64,000 nucleotides of DNA from Octopus vulgaris. Its lineage: Eukaryota. The notes beneath the pieces were generated by a model, which was not told where the DNA came from, searched no databases, and was given only the letters and a program-made list of their open reading frames with translations. Both the position numbers and the translations under genes were made by a program. Positions 1 to 13,075 of the stretch are shown here, piece after piece; position 1 is the first letter of the stretch; each line of letters opens with the position of its first letter. Location: assembly GCA_951406725.2 (NCBI GenBank), contig CATOCA020000001.1, forward strand, positions 5,146,001 through 5,210,000. Reading direction: 5' to 3'.

Positions 1-245
1 CTTTATATGAAAAATAAATTGATTCTCTAAAGAAAGGTAGATTTATGAAAACTAGTAAAAGAATCAATGACACAGAATTTGTACAATAAAACCTCCGGTA
101 TTGATCTTTGATCTGATCTCATCTACGTTGCTAATATTTCGACAGACACTATCAACAAGTGCTTACTTAATAAATTTTTGTAAATATCTTTATGACTATT
201 TCACAATTATTTAATAAATTTCCATTATATATATATATATGTATG

Positions 246-342
<97 letters not shown>

Positions 343-348
343 TATATG

Positions 349-442
<94 letters not shown>

Positions 443-445
<3 letters not shown>

Positions 446-1082
446 ACCACTGATGGTCCTATGGAAAACATTCGTCCTCAGCCGCTTGGACTACTGCTCC
501 CAACTTTGGTCACCACACAATATAAAACAAACAGCAGAACTCGAAGCAATTCAGAGAAGCTACACAAAGAAAATCGTCTCAATGCAAAATATCAGCTACT
601 GGGAAAGACTGAAGGTATTAAACCTCTTCTCCCTAGAGCGGAGGCGGGAGAGATATGCAGTGATATACATCTGGAAAATCCTGGAGGGTCTTGTCCCAAA
701 ATTTGGCATTCAAAGTTACTCCAACCGCAGAACGGGGCGCCGCTGCGTGGTGCCAAGGATTCCAACATCACCATCAAAATACAGGCCCAGATACTGCAAC
801 AGCTTGGGTTTCAGAGGACCACAGCTCTTTAACATCCTCCCTAAATGCCTGAGAGACTTACATGGTGTGGATGTGGGTTTCTTTAAAACTAAACTGGATC
901 TCTTCTTGTTGGGAGTCCCAGATGAACCTACCTCACGACAGGAGACGCGGATGCGGGCAGCAGCATCGAACTCCCTTGTTGATCAAGTGCCACGTATCAG
1001 AGGTGGATTCACAAACTAGTGTAGCTCATTCAGCGGTGGTGCCCCAGCATGGCCGCGGCCTTCGGGCAAAAACATTTTTTTA
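443..1082 (+). mobile_element. 5'-truncated non-LTR retrotransposon (CR1/L2-group LINE): ORF2 C-terminus plus 3' UTR, inserted in (TA)n
   Basis: Open frame 443-1019 gives [25 protein letters not shown]...LEAIQRSYTK...SYWERLKVLNLFSLERRRERY...IWKIL, the post-RT region typical of CR1-group ORF2. Flanked on both sides by (TA)n. The YIYI N-terminus of the track ORF is microsatellite. Confidence 0.85.
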
Positions 1083-1083
1083 A

Positions 1084-1121
<38 letters not shown>

Positions 1122-1614
1122 TTATATACTAACATCATCATCATCATCATCATCATCATCACCACCATGCTGAAAATAGCAGCCATTATCTGACTCTAAA
1201 ACAACCTTAAGTCAATCTTAAGTCAAAACAGGTAGACAATCTAGTTTATCTAATCCCCCTCTCTATAAAGCTGTTCAATGTTCATTCTCACTCACTTTTT
1301 GACTCTTTCTCACTCTCTGTCTGACTCGCTCCCAGCAAAGAAGGACATTGTGGAAGACAATTTAAATGCTAGAAATAGCAGCAAAACAACTCCTTAGAAA
1401 TATGCTATGATGATTTTAACAATATATATATATATATATTTATTTATATATATATATGTATATATATATGTGTGTGTGTATATATATACATGTATATATG
1501 TGTATATATATATATATCTATATATTTACTTATATATATATATATGTGTGTGTGCATATATATATATGTATGTATATGTGTATGTATATATATATATTTA
1601 TATACATGCAAGTA

Positions 1615-1660
<46 letters not shown>

Positions 1661-1664
1661 TATA

Positions 1665-1710
<46 letters not shown>

Positions 1711-1721
1711 GCAAATATATA

Positions 1722-1857
<136 letters not shown>

Positions 1858-2113
1858 TTCATCCTTGTTATTTCGTCAACCCTGAAATGATAAAGTAGTG
1901 TTGGCATTAATAGAATTCGAACCCAGAATGTAGGCTCCCAGCAAATAGCTATAAATAATACCAACAGGATATGTGGTTATCAAGACATAGCAGTAATTGA
2001 GGCTATGTGTGTGTGTGCCCGTGCATGCGTGTGGGCGACTGTTTCGATTTTTTGTGTTTGTGTATGTGTATATATATGCGCATGTATGTATGTATATATA
2101 TATCTATCTATCA

Positions 2114-2199
<86 letters not shown>

Positions 2200-2274
2200 C
2201 CCGATGTACTTGTGCTCATAATATATTTATATATACAAATATATACATTCATATATAGAAAGCTGAAAAGTGAC

Positions 2275-2530
2275 ACGTGGCTGTGTGGTGAGAAGCTTGC
2301 TTACCTACCATATTGTTCTGAGTTCAATCTCACTGCGTGGCACCTTTGGCGAGTGTCTTATTCTATAGCCACGGGCTGACCGAAAGAAGCCCATCGCATG
2401 TATATATATGTGTTTGTGCTAGCGTTTAACAACGCACTATCGCTTCACAACCAATGCTGTTGTGTTTAGGTCCCCGTAACTTTGCGGTTCGGCAAAAGCT
2501 CCCGATAGAATAACTACTAGACTTAAAAAG
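2275..2530 (+). mobile_element. tRNA-derived SINE family A, degenerate (also ~16200-16500, ~28402-28700)
   Basis: GTGGCTGTGTGGTGAGAAGCTTGC head; body matches full-length copies such as 52524-52930. Confidence 0.75.
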
Positions 2531-2609
2531 CAAGCAAATACATACATATATACGCACATATACATACATATATATATACATATATAAATAGTAAATAAAG
2601 TTACTTCCA

Positions 2610-3632
2610 TTGGCGCCTAGACGCATGGGAACAGTCTACCTTGGCTTATATATTTCGCATATGGACGGGACAGCAGTCCATCGCAGAGTGAGTCATTCTA
2701 GCCAAGGAATGTAAAATGAAGTCCAACTCGTCGCAAGAGTTCATTAAACTAAAACACCTAAAGCTCTTCGAGGCTCCAGCATGGGCTGGTGGCGAACCCT
2801 GCTGTATTATTTCACCACAACTTTCTCTCACGCTCTCTTCCTGTTTCTGTTTTACCTTTATTTCAAAGGGGGCTGCCGTGTCACACTATGTGTCACGCTG
2901 AATCTCACCGAGAACTACGTTAAGGGTACATGTGTCTGTGGAGTACTCAGCTACTTGCACGTTAATTTCACGAAGAGTCTAAGGCGGCGTGCTGGCAGAA
3001 ACGTTAGCCCGCCTGGCGAAATGCTTAGCAGTATTTCGTCTGCCCCTACGTTCTGAGTTCAAATTCCGCCGAGGTCGACTATACCTTTCATCCATTCAGG
3101 GTCGATAAATTAAGTACCAGTTACGCACTGGGGTCGATATAATCGACTTAATCCGTTTGTCTGTTCTTGTTTGTCCCCTCTGTGTTTAGCGCCTTTTGGG
3201 TAGTAAAGAAATAGGTATTTCGTCTGTCTTTACTTTCTGAGTTCAAATTCCGCCGAGGTCGACTTTGCCTTTCATCGTTTTGGGGTCGATTAAATAAGGG
3301 CCTGTTACGCACTGGGGTCGATATCATCGACTTAATACCTATGTCTGTCCTTGTTTGTCCCCTCTGTGTTTAGCCCCCTGTTGGTAGTAAAGAAATAGGT
3401 ATTTCGTCTGTCTTTACTTTCTGAGTTCAAATTCCGTCGAGGTCGACTTTGCCTTTCATCGTTTCGGGCTGCATAAATCAAGTACAAGTTTCGTACTGGT
3501 GTAGACCTAATCGATGGCCCACTCCCCTAAAATTTCGGACCTTGTGCCTAGAGTAGAAAAGAATTTCACGAGTAGTCTTCCGGTGACTGGATCAACTGGA
3601 AACCTCTTCGTCTCAACCGACGGAGTGCCATA
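2610..3632 (+). mobile_element. Interspersed repeat (probable non-autonomous retroposon) interrupted by a family-B SINE
   Basis: GGTGGCGAACCCTGCTGTA...CTTTCTCTCAC segment recurs at ~60310-60370 and inverted at ~4630-4700. Sequence resumes after the SINE at a duplicated target site. Confidence 0.55.
2981..3562 (+). mobile_element. tRNA-derived SINE family B with internal ~180 bp tandem repeats (also 16947-17342, 29149-29535, 35682-35897 +; 11230-11460 -)
   Basis: AAGGCGGCGTGCTGGCAGAA head, GAGTTCAAATTCCGCC B-box-like motif, repeated GTATTTCGTCTG...GGGGTCGAT units. Flanked by AATTTCACGAnnAGTCT at 2964 and 3563. Confidence 0.8.
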
Positions 3633-3698
3633 GTAGTATATATGTACACGCACACACATATATCTATCTATTCGTTTCTTTTCTTTTCTTCGTTTCAT

Positions 3699-4089
3699 TT
3701 ACTTGTTTTAGTCATTTGACTGCGGCCATGCTGGAGCACCGCCTTTAATCGAGCAACTCGACCCCGGGACTTATTCTTTTGTAAGCCCAGTACTTATTCT
3801 ATCGGTCTCTTTCGCCGAACCGCTAAGTAACGGGGACATAAACACACCAGCATCGGTTTTCAAGCAATGCTAGGAGGACAAACACAGACACAAACACATA
3901 CACGCATATATATATACATATATACGACGGGCTTCTTTCAGTTTCCGTCTACCAAATCCACTCACAAGGCTTTGGTCGGCCCGAGGCTATAGTAGAAGAC
4001 ACTTGCCCAAGGTGCCACGCAGTGGGACTGAACCCGGAACCATGTGGTTGGTAAACAAGCTACCTACCACACAGCCACTCCGATGCCTA
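3699..4089 (-). mobile_element. SINE family A, full length (also 7780-8178, 9240-9619, 17480-17890, 21175-21575, 29670-30038, truncated 22636-22966; all minus)
   Basis: Minus strand has A-box-like GGAGTGGCTGTGTGG, B-box-like GGTTCAGTCCC, CORE-like CCTTGGGCAAGT, an internal microsatellite, and tail CCAGCATGGCCGCAGTCAAATGACT. Confidence 0.9.
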
Positions 4090-4534
4090 TATATACAAGA
4101 CATATAAATATCATTAAAGATAATGTTACTATCTAACAAGAATAAATGTTGATGACGAAGCTGTTTTGGTTGAAAGGATCTGAAGAATTAGTAAGGAAGA
4201 AGATAGGAGCTTGTTACCATGGTGGAAACTGATTTGATGGAAGTAAAACAGAAATACTATAGGGTGCAACCCGTGCAAAGTAAAGGCCAAGAATAGATAC
4301 AGAGGTATGGAAGTCAAGAGAGAAGTGGGCTCCAGATGCGGGAGTTGGACGGGGGCACATGTGAAATTAACTTCCCATAATCTCCAAGAGGATGTGTAGA
4401 AGTAACTCATAGTTTCTCTTCCTTGGGAGTGGGGTTTATGAGATTGTTTTTCCCTCACTCAAACTCTCCCTCTCTTTCACTCACACTCGTTCTCTCTGTG
4501 CCATTCTCTGTCCGTATCTTTTTATGCGCCCTTT

Positions 4535-5080
4535 TCAAGCCTAGTCAGCGCTCATGGGCCCGGTTTCCCGGTTTATGTGGCATATGTGTTCCCCAGCCGG
4601 ACGGGACGCCAGTCCATCACAGCGTTACCAAAGAAACAGGAAGAAAGTATGAGAGAAAGTTGGGACGAAAGAGTAGAACAGGGCTTCGCCACCACACCCT
4701 GCCTGAGCCTCGTGGAGCATTAGGTGTTTTCGCTCAATAAACACACACAACACACGGTCTGGGAATCGAAACCGCCATCCTCCGACCGCGAGTCCGCTCC
4801 CCTAACCACAGAGCCATTGCGCCCTCACAAAATAAATTCGCCCTTTTAAAGCCTAGACAAGCTCATGGGCCCGGTTTCCCGGTTTCAATGGCGTATGTGA
4901 TCCCCAGCTGGAGGGGTCGCCAGTCCATCGCAGCGTTACTCATTTTCGCCAGCTGAGTGGACTGGAGCAACGTGAAATGAAGTGTTTTGCTCAAGAACCC
5001 AACGCGTCGCCCCGTCCAGGAATCGAAACCACAATCATGCGATCATGATGCTGACACCCTAACCACTAAGCCACACGCCT
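4535..5080 (-). mobile_element. Two adjacent tRNA-derived SINEs (family C) sharing a 3' tail (also ~18336-18881, ~30485-31029)
   Basis: AAGCCTAG...GCTCATGGGCCCGGTTTCCCGGTTT occurs twice (~4538, ~4849). Minus-strand heads AGGCGTGTGGCTTAGTGGTTAGGG and GGCGCAATGGCTCTGTGGTTAGGG carry GTTTCGATTCC B-boxes. Confidence 0.75.
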
Positions 5081-5774
5081 ACACCCTACCTCCTTATATA
5101 AATAGAATAATCATCTACAAGTTGCACCTCGAGCTACAAATAATTCTGCTTACTACAATTATAAGGTTTTAACTTTTGCTAATTAATTATATCGACGCCA
5201 AAGTTAATCTTGAGGGAATTGTATCGACCCTCAAATGATAAAAGGTGACGGGATTCGAACCCAGAATGTAAATTACCAAGGAATAGTTATAAATATTACT
5301 AACAAGTCATTGAGTGTGTCTCTAGTAGTAATTGTTAGTATGAAACAGGTGTGCCTGTGTGTGTGCGAATCGAAGAAAAGGTGTTTGTGTGACTTATGCC
5401 ACAATAAGCGAAGAGTGTTGTTACACTTGACTTAACATTAACAACTGAAGTCGCTTTTATAAAAAAAAAATTATACTTCTATCCCAGTAAACAACTCTAT
5501 ATACACCCACATACGTCTCTCAAGTCTCATAAGTCAAACAAATCAATCCGGGGACATATCCTTTGTAAGCCGAGTACTTATCCTATCGATCTGTTTTGCC
5601 GAACAGCTAAGTTACGCGGACATAAACACACCAGAGAGAGAGAGAGAGAGAGAGAGAGTGAGAGAAGGAGAGAAAGAGCGTGTGAGGCTATTTAGGCAAG
5701 TGTGTTTACTGTTGCCTTGGGCCATCAAACTCTTGTGAGTGAATTTGGTGAACGGAAACTGAAAGAAGCCCGTC

Positions 5775-5806
<32 letters not shown>

Positions 5807-5892
5807 AATATTAGGGAATAAATCCAAAGTTACTGGGAAAAATTATATTCAGGATTAAATCCAATTTTATAGTATAAATATATTATATTGTA

Positions 5893-6450
5893 TCATATTA
5901 AATTAGAGATAAAACCACTATTAGACAAATCAAACAGTGAAAAACATAAAATTAATTTAAAAATATAAAAGTTAAACTTTAAAAAATTATTTACATAATT
6001 TATACTTATAAATTTTAAATATATATATACAAATATATATATATATATAAATGTGTGTATGTATGTATCTTTTATATTTATATATTATTTTATTTAATAA
6101 TTTATTAATTAATTAATTTATTTAATTATTTATTTATTAATTTATTTTATTATCATATAAATATCAAAAGTATTACAACTTTTAATAATTTTGATACTTA
6201 TATAATAAAAAAAAAATTAATTAATGAATAAAATAATATATAAATATAAAAATATACATACATACACACACACATATATATATATATATATATGTATTTG
6301 TATATATATATTTAAAATTTATAAGTTTAAATTATTTAAATAATTTTTTAAATTTTAACTTTTATATTTTTAAATCAATTTTATGTATTGGCTTATGTTT
6401 TTCACTGTTAGATTTGCCTAATAGTGATTTTATCTCTAATTTAATATAAT
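5893..6450. repeat. ~560 bp AT-rich imperfect palindrome (also ~19715-20320, ~31850-32410)
   Basis: ATATTAAATTAGAGATAAAACCACTATTAG... is the reverse complement of ...CTAATAGTGATTTTATCTCTAATTTAATAT. Symmetry continues to the centre TATTA-CAACTTT-TAATA. Confidence 0.85.
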
Positions 6451-6921
6451 ATATATATATATATATATAAATGTTTGCAGCTTGTTAAGAAGGTTCTGAA
6501 AACAATTACAGTACGGACATTTGATAAGAAACATAGAAGCAACTTCGATGAGATTTTCTTTCCTTTTATATTGACTTCCATATTCAACTGGTCCTTATTT
6601 AATCGACCCTAAAAGCATAAAAGTCAAAGTTGACATTGGTGGAATTTGAAATGCGGAATGTGAAGCTCCTGGGCAGGGCTCTAAACATTAGTAACAAGGT
6701 ATTAGCTGGATGTTGTGTGTGTGTGTGTGTAATGGTTGGTGTGGTGTGTGTGTGTGTGTGTGTGTGTGTGTGGTTAGGTGTGTGTGTGTATAATGGTTGG
6801 GTGTGTCACTTATTTTGTAATTGTTGAATAGTGTTTATCACCTGCTGACTTTAAACCTGACTTGACAAAATTTGTTTTGCCAAACAAAAGGTCGATTGTT
6901 AATCTAAGCCATTAAACGACT

Positions 6922-6959
<38 letters not shown>

Positions 6960-7065
6960 TATCAAATCTGTACACACACACACTTGTCAGCATTTGTATA
7001 TATATTCATATAAATATAGATGTATATGCCTGCATATATATGCATTTATGCCTACATAGGTACCT

Positions 7066-7105
<40 letters not shown>

Positions 7106-7239
7106 TATATATATATATATAAAGTCAAAGTTGACATTGGTGGAATTTGAAAGCGGATTCATATGAAAAAAGCTCTGGTTACTAGGCTCTAAACATTAGT
7201 AACAAGGTATTAGCTGGATGATGGTGTTTGTGTAATGGT

Positions 7240-7277
<38 letters not shown>

Positions 7278-7487
7278 GTTAGGTGTGTGTGTGTATAATG
7301 GTTGGGTGTGTCACTTATTTTGTAATTGTTGAATAGTGTTTATCACCTGCTGACTTTAAACCTGACTTGACAAAATTTGTTTTGCAAACAAAAGGTCGAT
7401 TGTTAATTACTAAATATCATATCATCATCCCCTTTTTGTCCCACACTCGCATTTGTATTTACTTAATTGTATATTATATATATATAT

Positions 7488-7553
<66 letters not shown>

Positions 7554-7733
7554 TATATAAATAATCATTAAAAGGGTGAAATATAATTAATTTAATAAAA
7601 TCAACAAATTTCACCTAGTAGCACTTCGGTAAGGAAAAGGACCATATTCGGTAAAAGATTATATAATTATGACAATAAAAATAAGGGTCTTTTCGGTATG
7701 TGGTCAATCAACTTGTGGCAAAGACCCTTATTG

Positions 7734-7777
<44 letters not shown>

Positions 7778-8275
7778 TCTTTTACTCTTCTACTTGTTTC
7801 AGTCATTTGGCTGCAGCCATGCTGGAGCACCGCATTTAGTCGAGCAAATCGACCCTGGGACTAATTCTTTGTAAGCCCACTACTTATTCTATCGGTCTCT
7901 TTTGCCGAACTGCTAAGTGACGGGGACGTAAACACACCAGCATCGGTTGTCAAGCAATTCTAGGGAGACAAACACATACACACACACACACACATATATA
8001 TCTATACATATATACGACAGGCTTCTCTCAGTTTCCGTCTACCAAATCCACTCACGAGGCATTGGTAGGCCCGGGGCTATAGCAGAAGACACTTGCCCAA
8101 GATGCCACGCAGTGGGACTGAACCTGGAACCATGTGGCTGGTTAGAAAGCTACTTACCACACAGCCACTCCTGCGCCTATGGCAACTCCTATATGTAAAT
8201 TTATATAACTAATGATAATGGCCTGCATGGGGATGAAAACCTCATGGATAATAATTATCAAAATTATAATTTAGC

Positions 8276-8484
8276 TGCTAGATATAGCAGCTAAAACCTG
8301 ACTCTAAAACCACATTAAATGTTCACACAGCACCAGGGGAGAGGAGAAAGAGAGAAAGTAAACTAGCAAACGAGTTTATTATTATCTTTTTTGTTTGTTT
8401 ATTTTGTCTTTTTGTCTTCCCTCCTGGTGCTGTAGGGACATTTAATGTGGTTTTAGAGTGAAGTTTTGACTGCTATGTCTAGCA
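8276..8484. mobile_element. MITE-like element with ~62 bp terminal inverted repeats (also 21676-21884; solo TIR pieces ~1168, ~1367, ~14375)
   Basis: TGCTAGATATAGCAG...CTCTAAAACCACATTAAATGT...CAGCACCAGG pairs with CCTGGTGCTG...ACATTTAATGTGGTTTTAGAG...CTGCTATGTCTAGCA. Confidence 0.75.
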
Positions 8485-8556
8485 TGATGCTATCTCTTAC
8501 ATACTCTTATTCACAATGTTAATAATTTTATGTATATATATGTGTATATATATATG

Positions 8557-8658
<102 letters not shown>

Positions 8659-8892
8659 TATATATACATATAGGGAGGCATAAACACGTACATACATATA
8701 TACATACTTACATATACGTGTACATAAACCTTCTACACATCCATGCACGTTTATCGCTGTGTCTGCCTTTCCTTTGAATTTTTAAAAATGTTATATATGT
8801 AATGCATATATGAGAATGTATGAATGTATGTATATTAATGTACTTATATATATATATATATATATATGTTTATATAAATATATATATATTAT

Positions 8893-9090
8893 AGGCGTAG
8901 GAGTGGCTGTGTGGCACCTTGGGCAAGTGTTTCCTACTATAGTCTAGGCGCGACCAAAACCTTGTGAGTGGATATGGTAGACGGAAACTGAAAGAAGCTC
9001 GTCGTATATATGTATATAGTTGCTCGACTAAAGGCTTTGCTCCAGCATGGCCGCAGTCAAATGACTGAAACAAGTAAAAGAGTAAAAGAG
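8893..9090 (+). mobile_element. SINE family A, internally deleted (also 22285-22480)
   Basis: Head joined directly to CACCTTGGGCAAG; 3' tail intact. Confidence 0.75.
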
Positions 9091-9206
9091 TATATGCATA
9101 TATACACACACACATATGTAGATGCATATACTCAACATTTAGACATACTAAACGACTTATACGTAAGTGTCTAAAAGTGTATGTGTATGTAGATGCTTAT
9201 ATATAA

Positions 9207-9238
<32 letters not shown>

Positions 9239-10338
9239 TTTTTTACTTGTTTCAGTCATTTGACTGCGGCCATGCTGGAGCACCGCCTTTAGTCGAGCAA
9301 ATCGACCCCGGGACATATTCTTTGTAAGCCCAGTACTTATTCTATCGGTCTCTTTTGCCGATCCGCTAAGTGACGGGGACGTAAACACACCAGCATCGGT
9401 TGTCAAGCAATACTAGGGAGACAAACACAGACACACAAACACACACATATACATATATATACGACAGGCTTCTTTCAGTTTCCGTCTACCAAATCCACTC
9501 ACAAGACATTGGTCAGCCCGGGGCTATAGCAGAAGACACTTGCCCAAGATGCCACGCAGTGGGACCGAACCCGGAACCATGTGGTTGGTTAGCAAGCTAC
9601 TTACCACACAGCCACTCCTTATATATATATATATATATAAGGATCTACATACACAAACACATTTGGACACTTACACAAAAGATATACACATAAACACACA
9701 GACACATATATTCATAAATATATATATTGCAGGCAATGTAGGCAATGGTCAGTGACCGCCTTCTTCGATCAGGAATAGACAGCCTTCATCTTCATCATAC
9801 ATACATACATACATACATACATACATACATACATACATACTTACATATATACATGCATACATATATGCCTATATACGAAACTGCCTACATGCATACACAA
9901 TAAGTAGTTGCATGTATATATGAATACAGACAACGGTGAATACATACGTAGGTATATACATACCTGCCCATACATGCATACATACACAGCAATATACTTA
10001 CTTGCATATATAACTATATATACTTATATACATACATTCATACACTCTCATTCATATGCGTATATAGATATATAATTTTCAAAATCCGGTCTCGTACACA
10101 ATGTAAAATACATTCAATGTTGACTCACTATTTCCTTTCTTTGACATTTCTAAAGAAATTCTAAAATATCTCAACTCACGCTCATTAAATTTATAATCTA
10201 AAGAAACTTGTCTCTTTTCAAATGTTAGATCAACTTTTAGGTCATAGTTAGGAAAACAGGTTAAACACAAGTACATATGTACCCACACTTTTCCATCAAT
10301 TTATCTATCTATCTGTCTAGCTAGCTAACTAATTTATG

Positions 10339-10623
<285 letters not shown>

Positions 10624-10846
10624 GCATATATATATATGTATATATATATATATGTATATGTGTGTATATACATGTACATATATATATATATATATCTATA
10701 TATGTGTGTATATAAATATATATATGTATATATACATGTATATATATATATGTATATATATATATGTATACATACATATATATATACTATATATATATAT
10801 ATGTATATATACATATATATATTTATATATATATAATATATATATA

Positions 10847-10885
<39 letters not shown>

Positions 10886-10926
10886 TATATGCATATATAT
10901 ATGTATATATATAGACACATATATGC

Positions 10927-10961
<35 letters not shown>

Positions 10962-11023
10962 CATATATATATGCATATATATATGTATATATATATAGAC
11001 ACATATATGCATATATATATATA

Positions 11024-11073
<50 letters not shown>

Positions 11074-11119
11074 AATATATGTATATGTATATATCTATAT
11101 ATGTATTTATATATGTATG

Positions 11120-11165
<46 letters not shown>

Positions 11166-11526
11166 TGTATGTCCTGGGTATAGCCGACGTCAACTGAATC
11201 CAGTTGTAAGGTTCTACTTTGCCATTCCAAATTCTTGAGGAGTGTGGAACCATTCATTAGCAGTTATTCTTTTCGTTTCTACTCTAGATAGAAGGCCTAA
11301 TATTTTGGGGGAGAAGGCCAGTCGATTAGATCGACACTCATTAAGCAACTGGTACTTAATTTGTTGACCCAGACATAATGAAAGGCAAACTTAAAAACAG
11401 ACGAAATACCGCTAAGAATTTTGCTCGGCGTGCTAACATTTCTGCCAGTTCACCGCTTTTTTGGGAGAGATTCCGTTCCTCTTCATTTGACATTGAATTT
11501 TGTGTTTTTGCCTGCTCTTGCCCCAC

Positions 11527-11584
<58 letters not shown>

Positions 11585-11604
11585 AGAGAGAGAGAGAGAG
11601 AGAG

Positions 11605-11693
11605 ATAAAGTTAATCCAAACAAGGAAACAAAAGACAACAACGCGAGGATGTGGAACAGATAAAGTATTATTGGGCGCTCAGGAAAGAAGGGA
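11605..11693 (-). mobile_element. 3' end fragment of the repeat family seen at 58856-59058 (also 22995-23083)
   Basis: Shared CAACAACGCGAGGAYGTGGAACA...AGTATTATTGGRCGCTCAGGAAAGAAG. Confidence 0.7.
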
Positions 11694-11723
11694 TATATAT
11701 ATATATATATACATTTTCACATA

Positions 11724-11773
<50 letters not shown>

Positions 11774-11959
11774 GCATACATATATATATATACATGCTTG
11801 CATACATACGTAATACATTTATACATACGTACGTACATACATACATATATAACGCGTACGTACATGCATATACACATAATACATATATACCCATGTATGC
11901 AAACATGCATTCGTACACATATACATACATACACACATACATACATACATTTTCACATA

Positions 11960-11995
<36 letters not shown>

Positions 11996-12959
11996 GCATA
12001 TATATATATATATACATGCTTGCATACATACGTAACACTTACATATACATACTTATACTCATAATACATACATATACACACACATACATGTATACATACG
12101 TACATACATACATATATAACACATACATGCATGCATGCATATACACATAATACATAGATAACCATGTATGCATACATGCATTCATACATACATACATACA
12201 TACATACATACATACACACATACATGCATACATACATGCATAATATATTTATATAGTCACTCAACCGTCCAGATAATCGGACGTCATTATTTCTTGCTGG
12301 TCACACTGCAATTCTTGACGCTGTTTTCAGGAGTAAGGTTTATAAGTGACCAAGACAATGACATTCTCCCTAAACAGGGAACCAGTCGAACACAGGGTTA
12401 TTTATTTTCAGCTCTGTTGACTGGAACAATTTGAAATTAGGTATATGTTTCAGGACCTCAAAGCTGGAATTCGAAATCATGAGCACAAAATCAGTGTGGG
12501 TGTGTCTGTATTTTGTGTGTGTGTATGAAAAGTTTACAAGAAAATTGGTTTGACAAGATTTAAGTGGGTTTTATATAATCTACATACATATGTACACACA
12601 CACACACACACATACGCATATATATATATATTCTTATCCATATATATATATGCACATAGGTTTTCAGACAATTATGGAGAGGTTACGTCATACGAAATGA
12701 ATTGAATAATACTTTGACATGACAAATTGTAAAGAGCATTCAAATTTGAATAAAAGATTTCGTGTTAGTCAGGGTGTGGCACGAAATTGAATCAGAGTAG
12801 TCACCTCCTGATTATTAAATAAGTAACAAACACATCATTACAGCTCGCTTCGTAAGGACACTTGGAACCACGCGTCTCGAAACCATTTGAAATAAGGTAA
12901 AAAAAATTTTCTTGTCTTGAATCTTGAGAAATACAAATGTAGAAGGACTGGAAAAATAG

Positions 12960-13075
<116 letters not shown>

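Noticed and set aside
3030-3480. Regularly spaced repeats resembling a CRISPR array
   Set aside because: The 'spacers' are themselves repeated; these are tandem SINE-internal units in a eukaryotic context.
4040-4089. tRNA-like A/B boxes
   Set aside because: SINE heads; no full cloverleaf, so not called as tRNA genes.
4129-4458. 109-aa ORF conserved in copies 1 and 3
   Set aside because: Frameshifted in copy 2, no recognisable domain; conservation reflects recent duplication. May be a very old LINE remnant on the + strand.
7679-7732. 13-bp hairpin AATAAGGGTCTTT...AAAGACCCTTATT
   Set aside because: Real, but no ribozyme core or other assignable motif; probably a repeat remnant.
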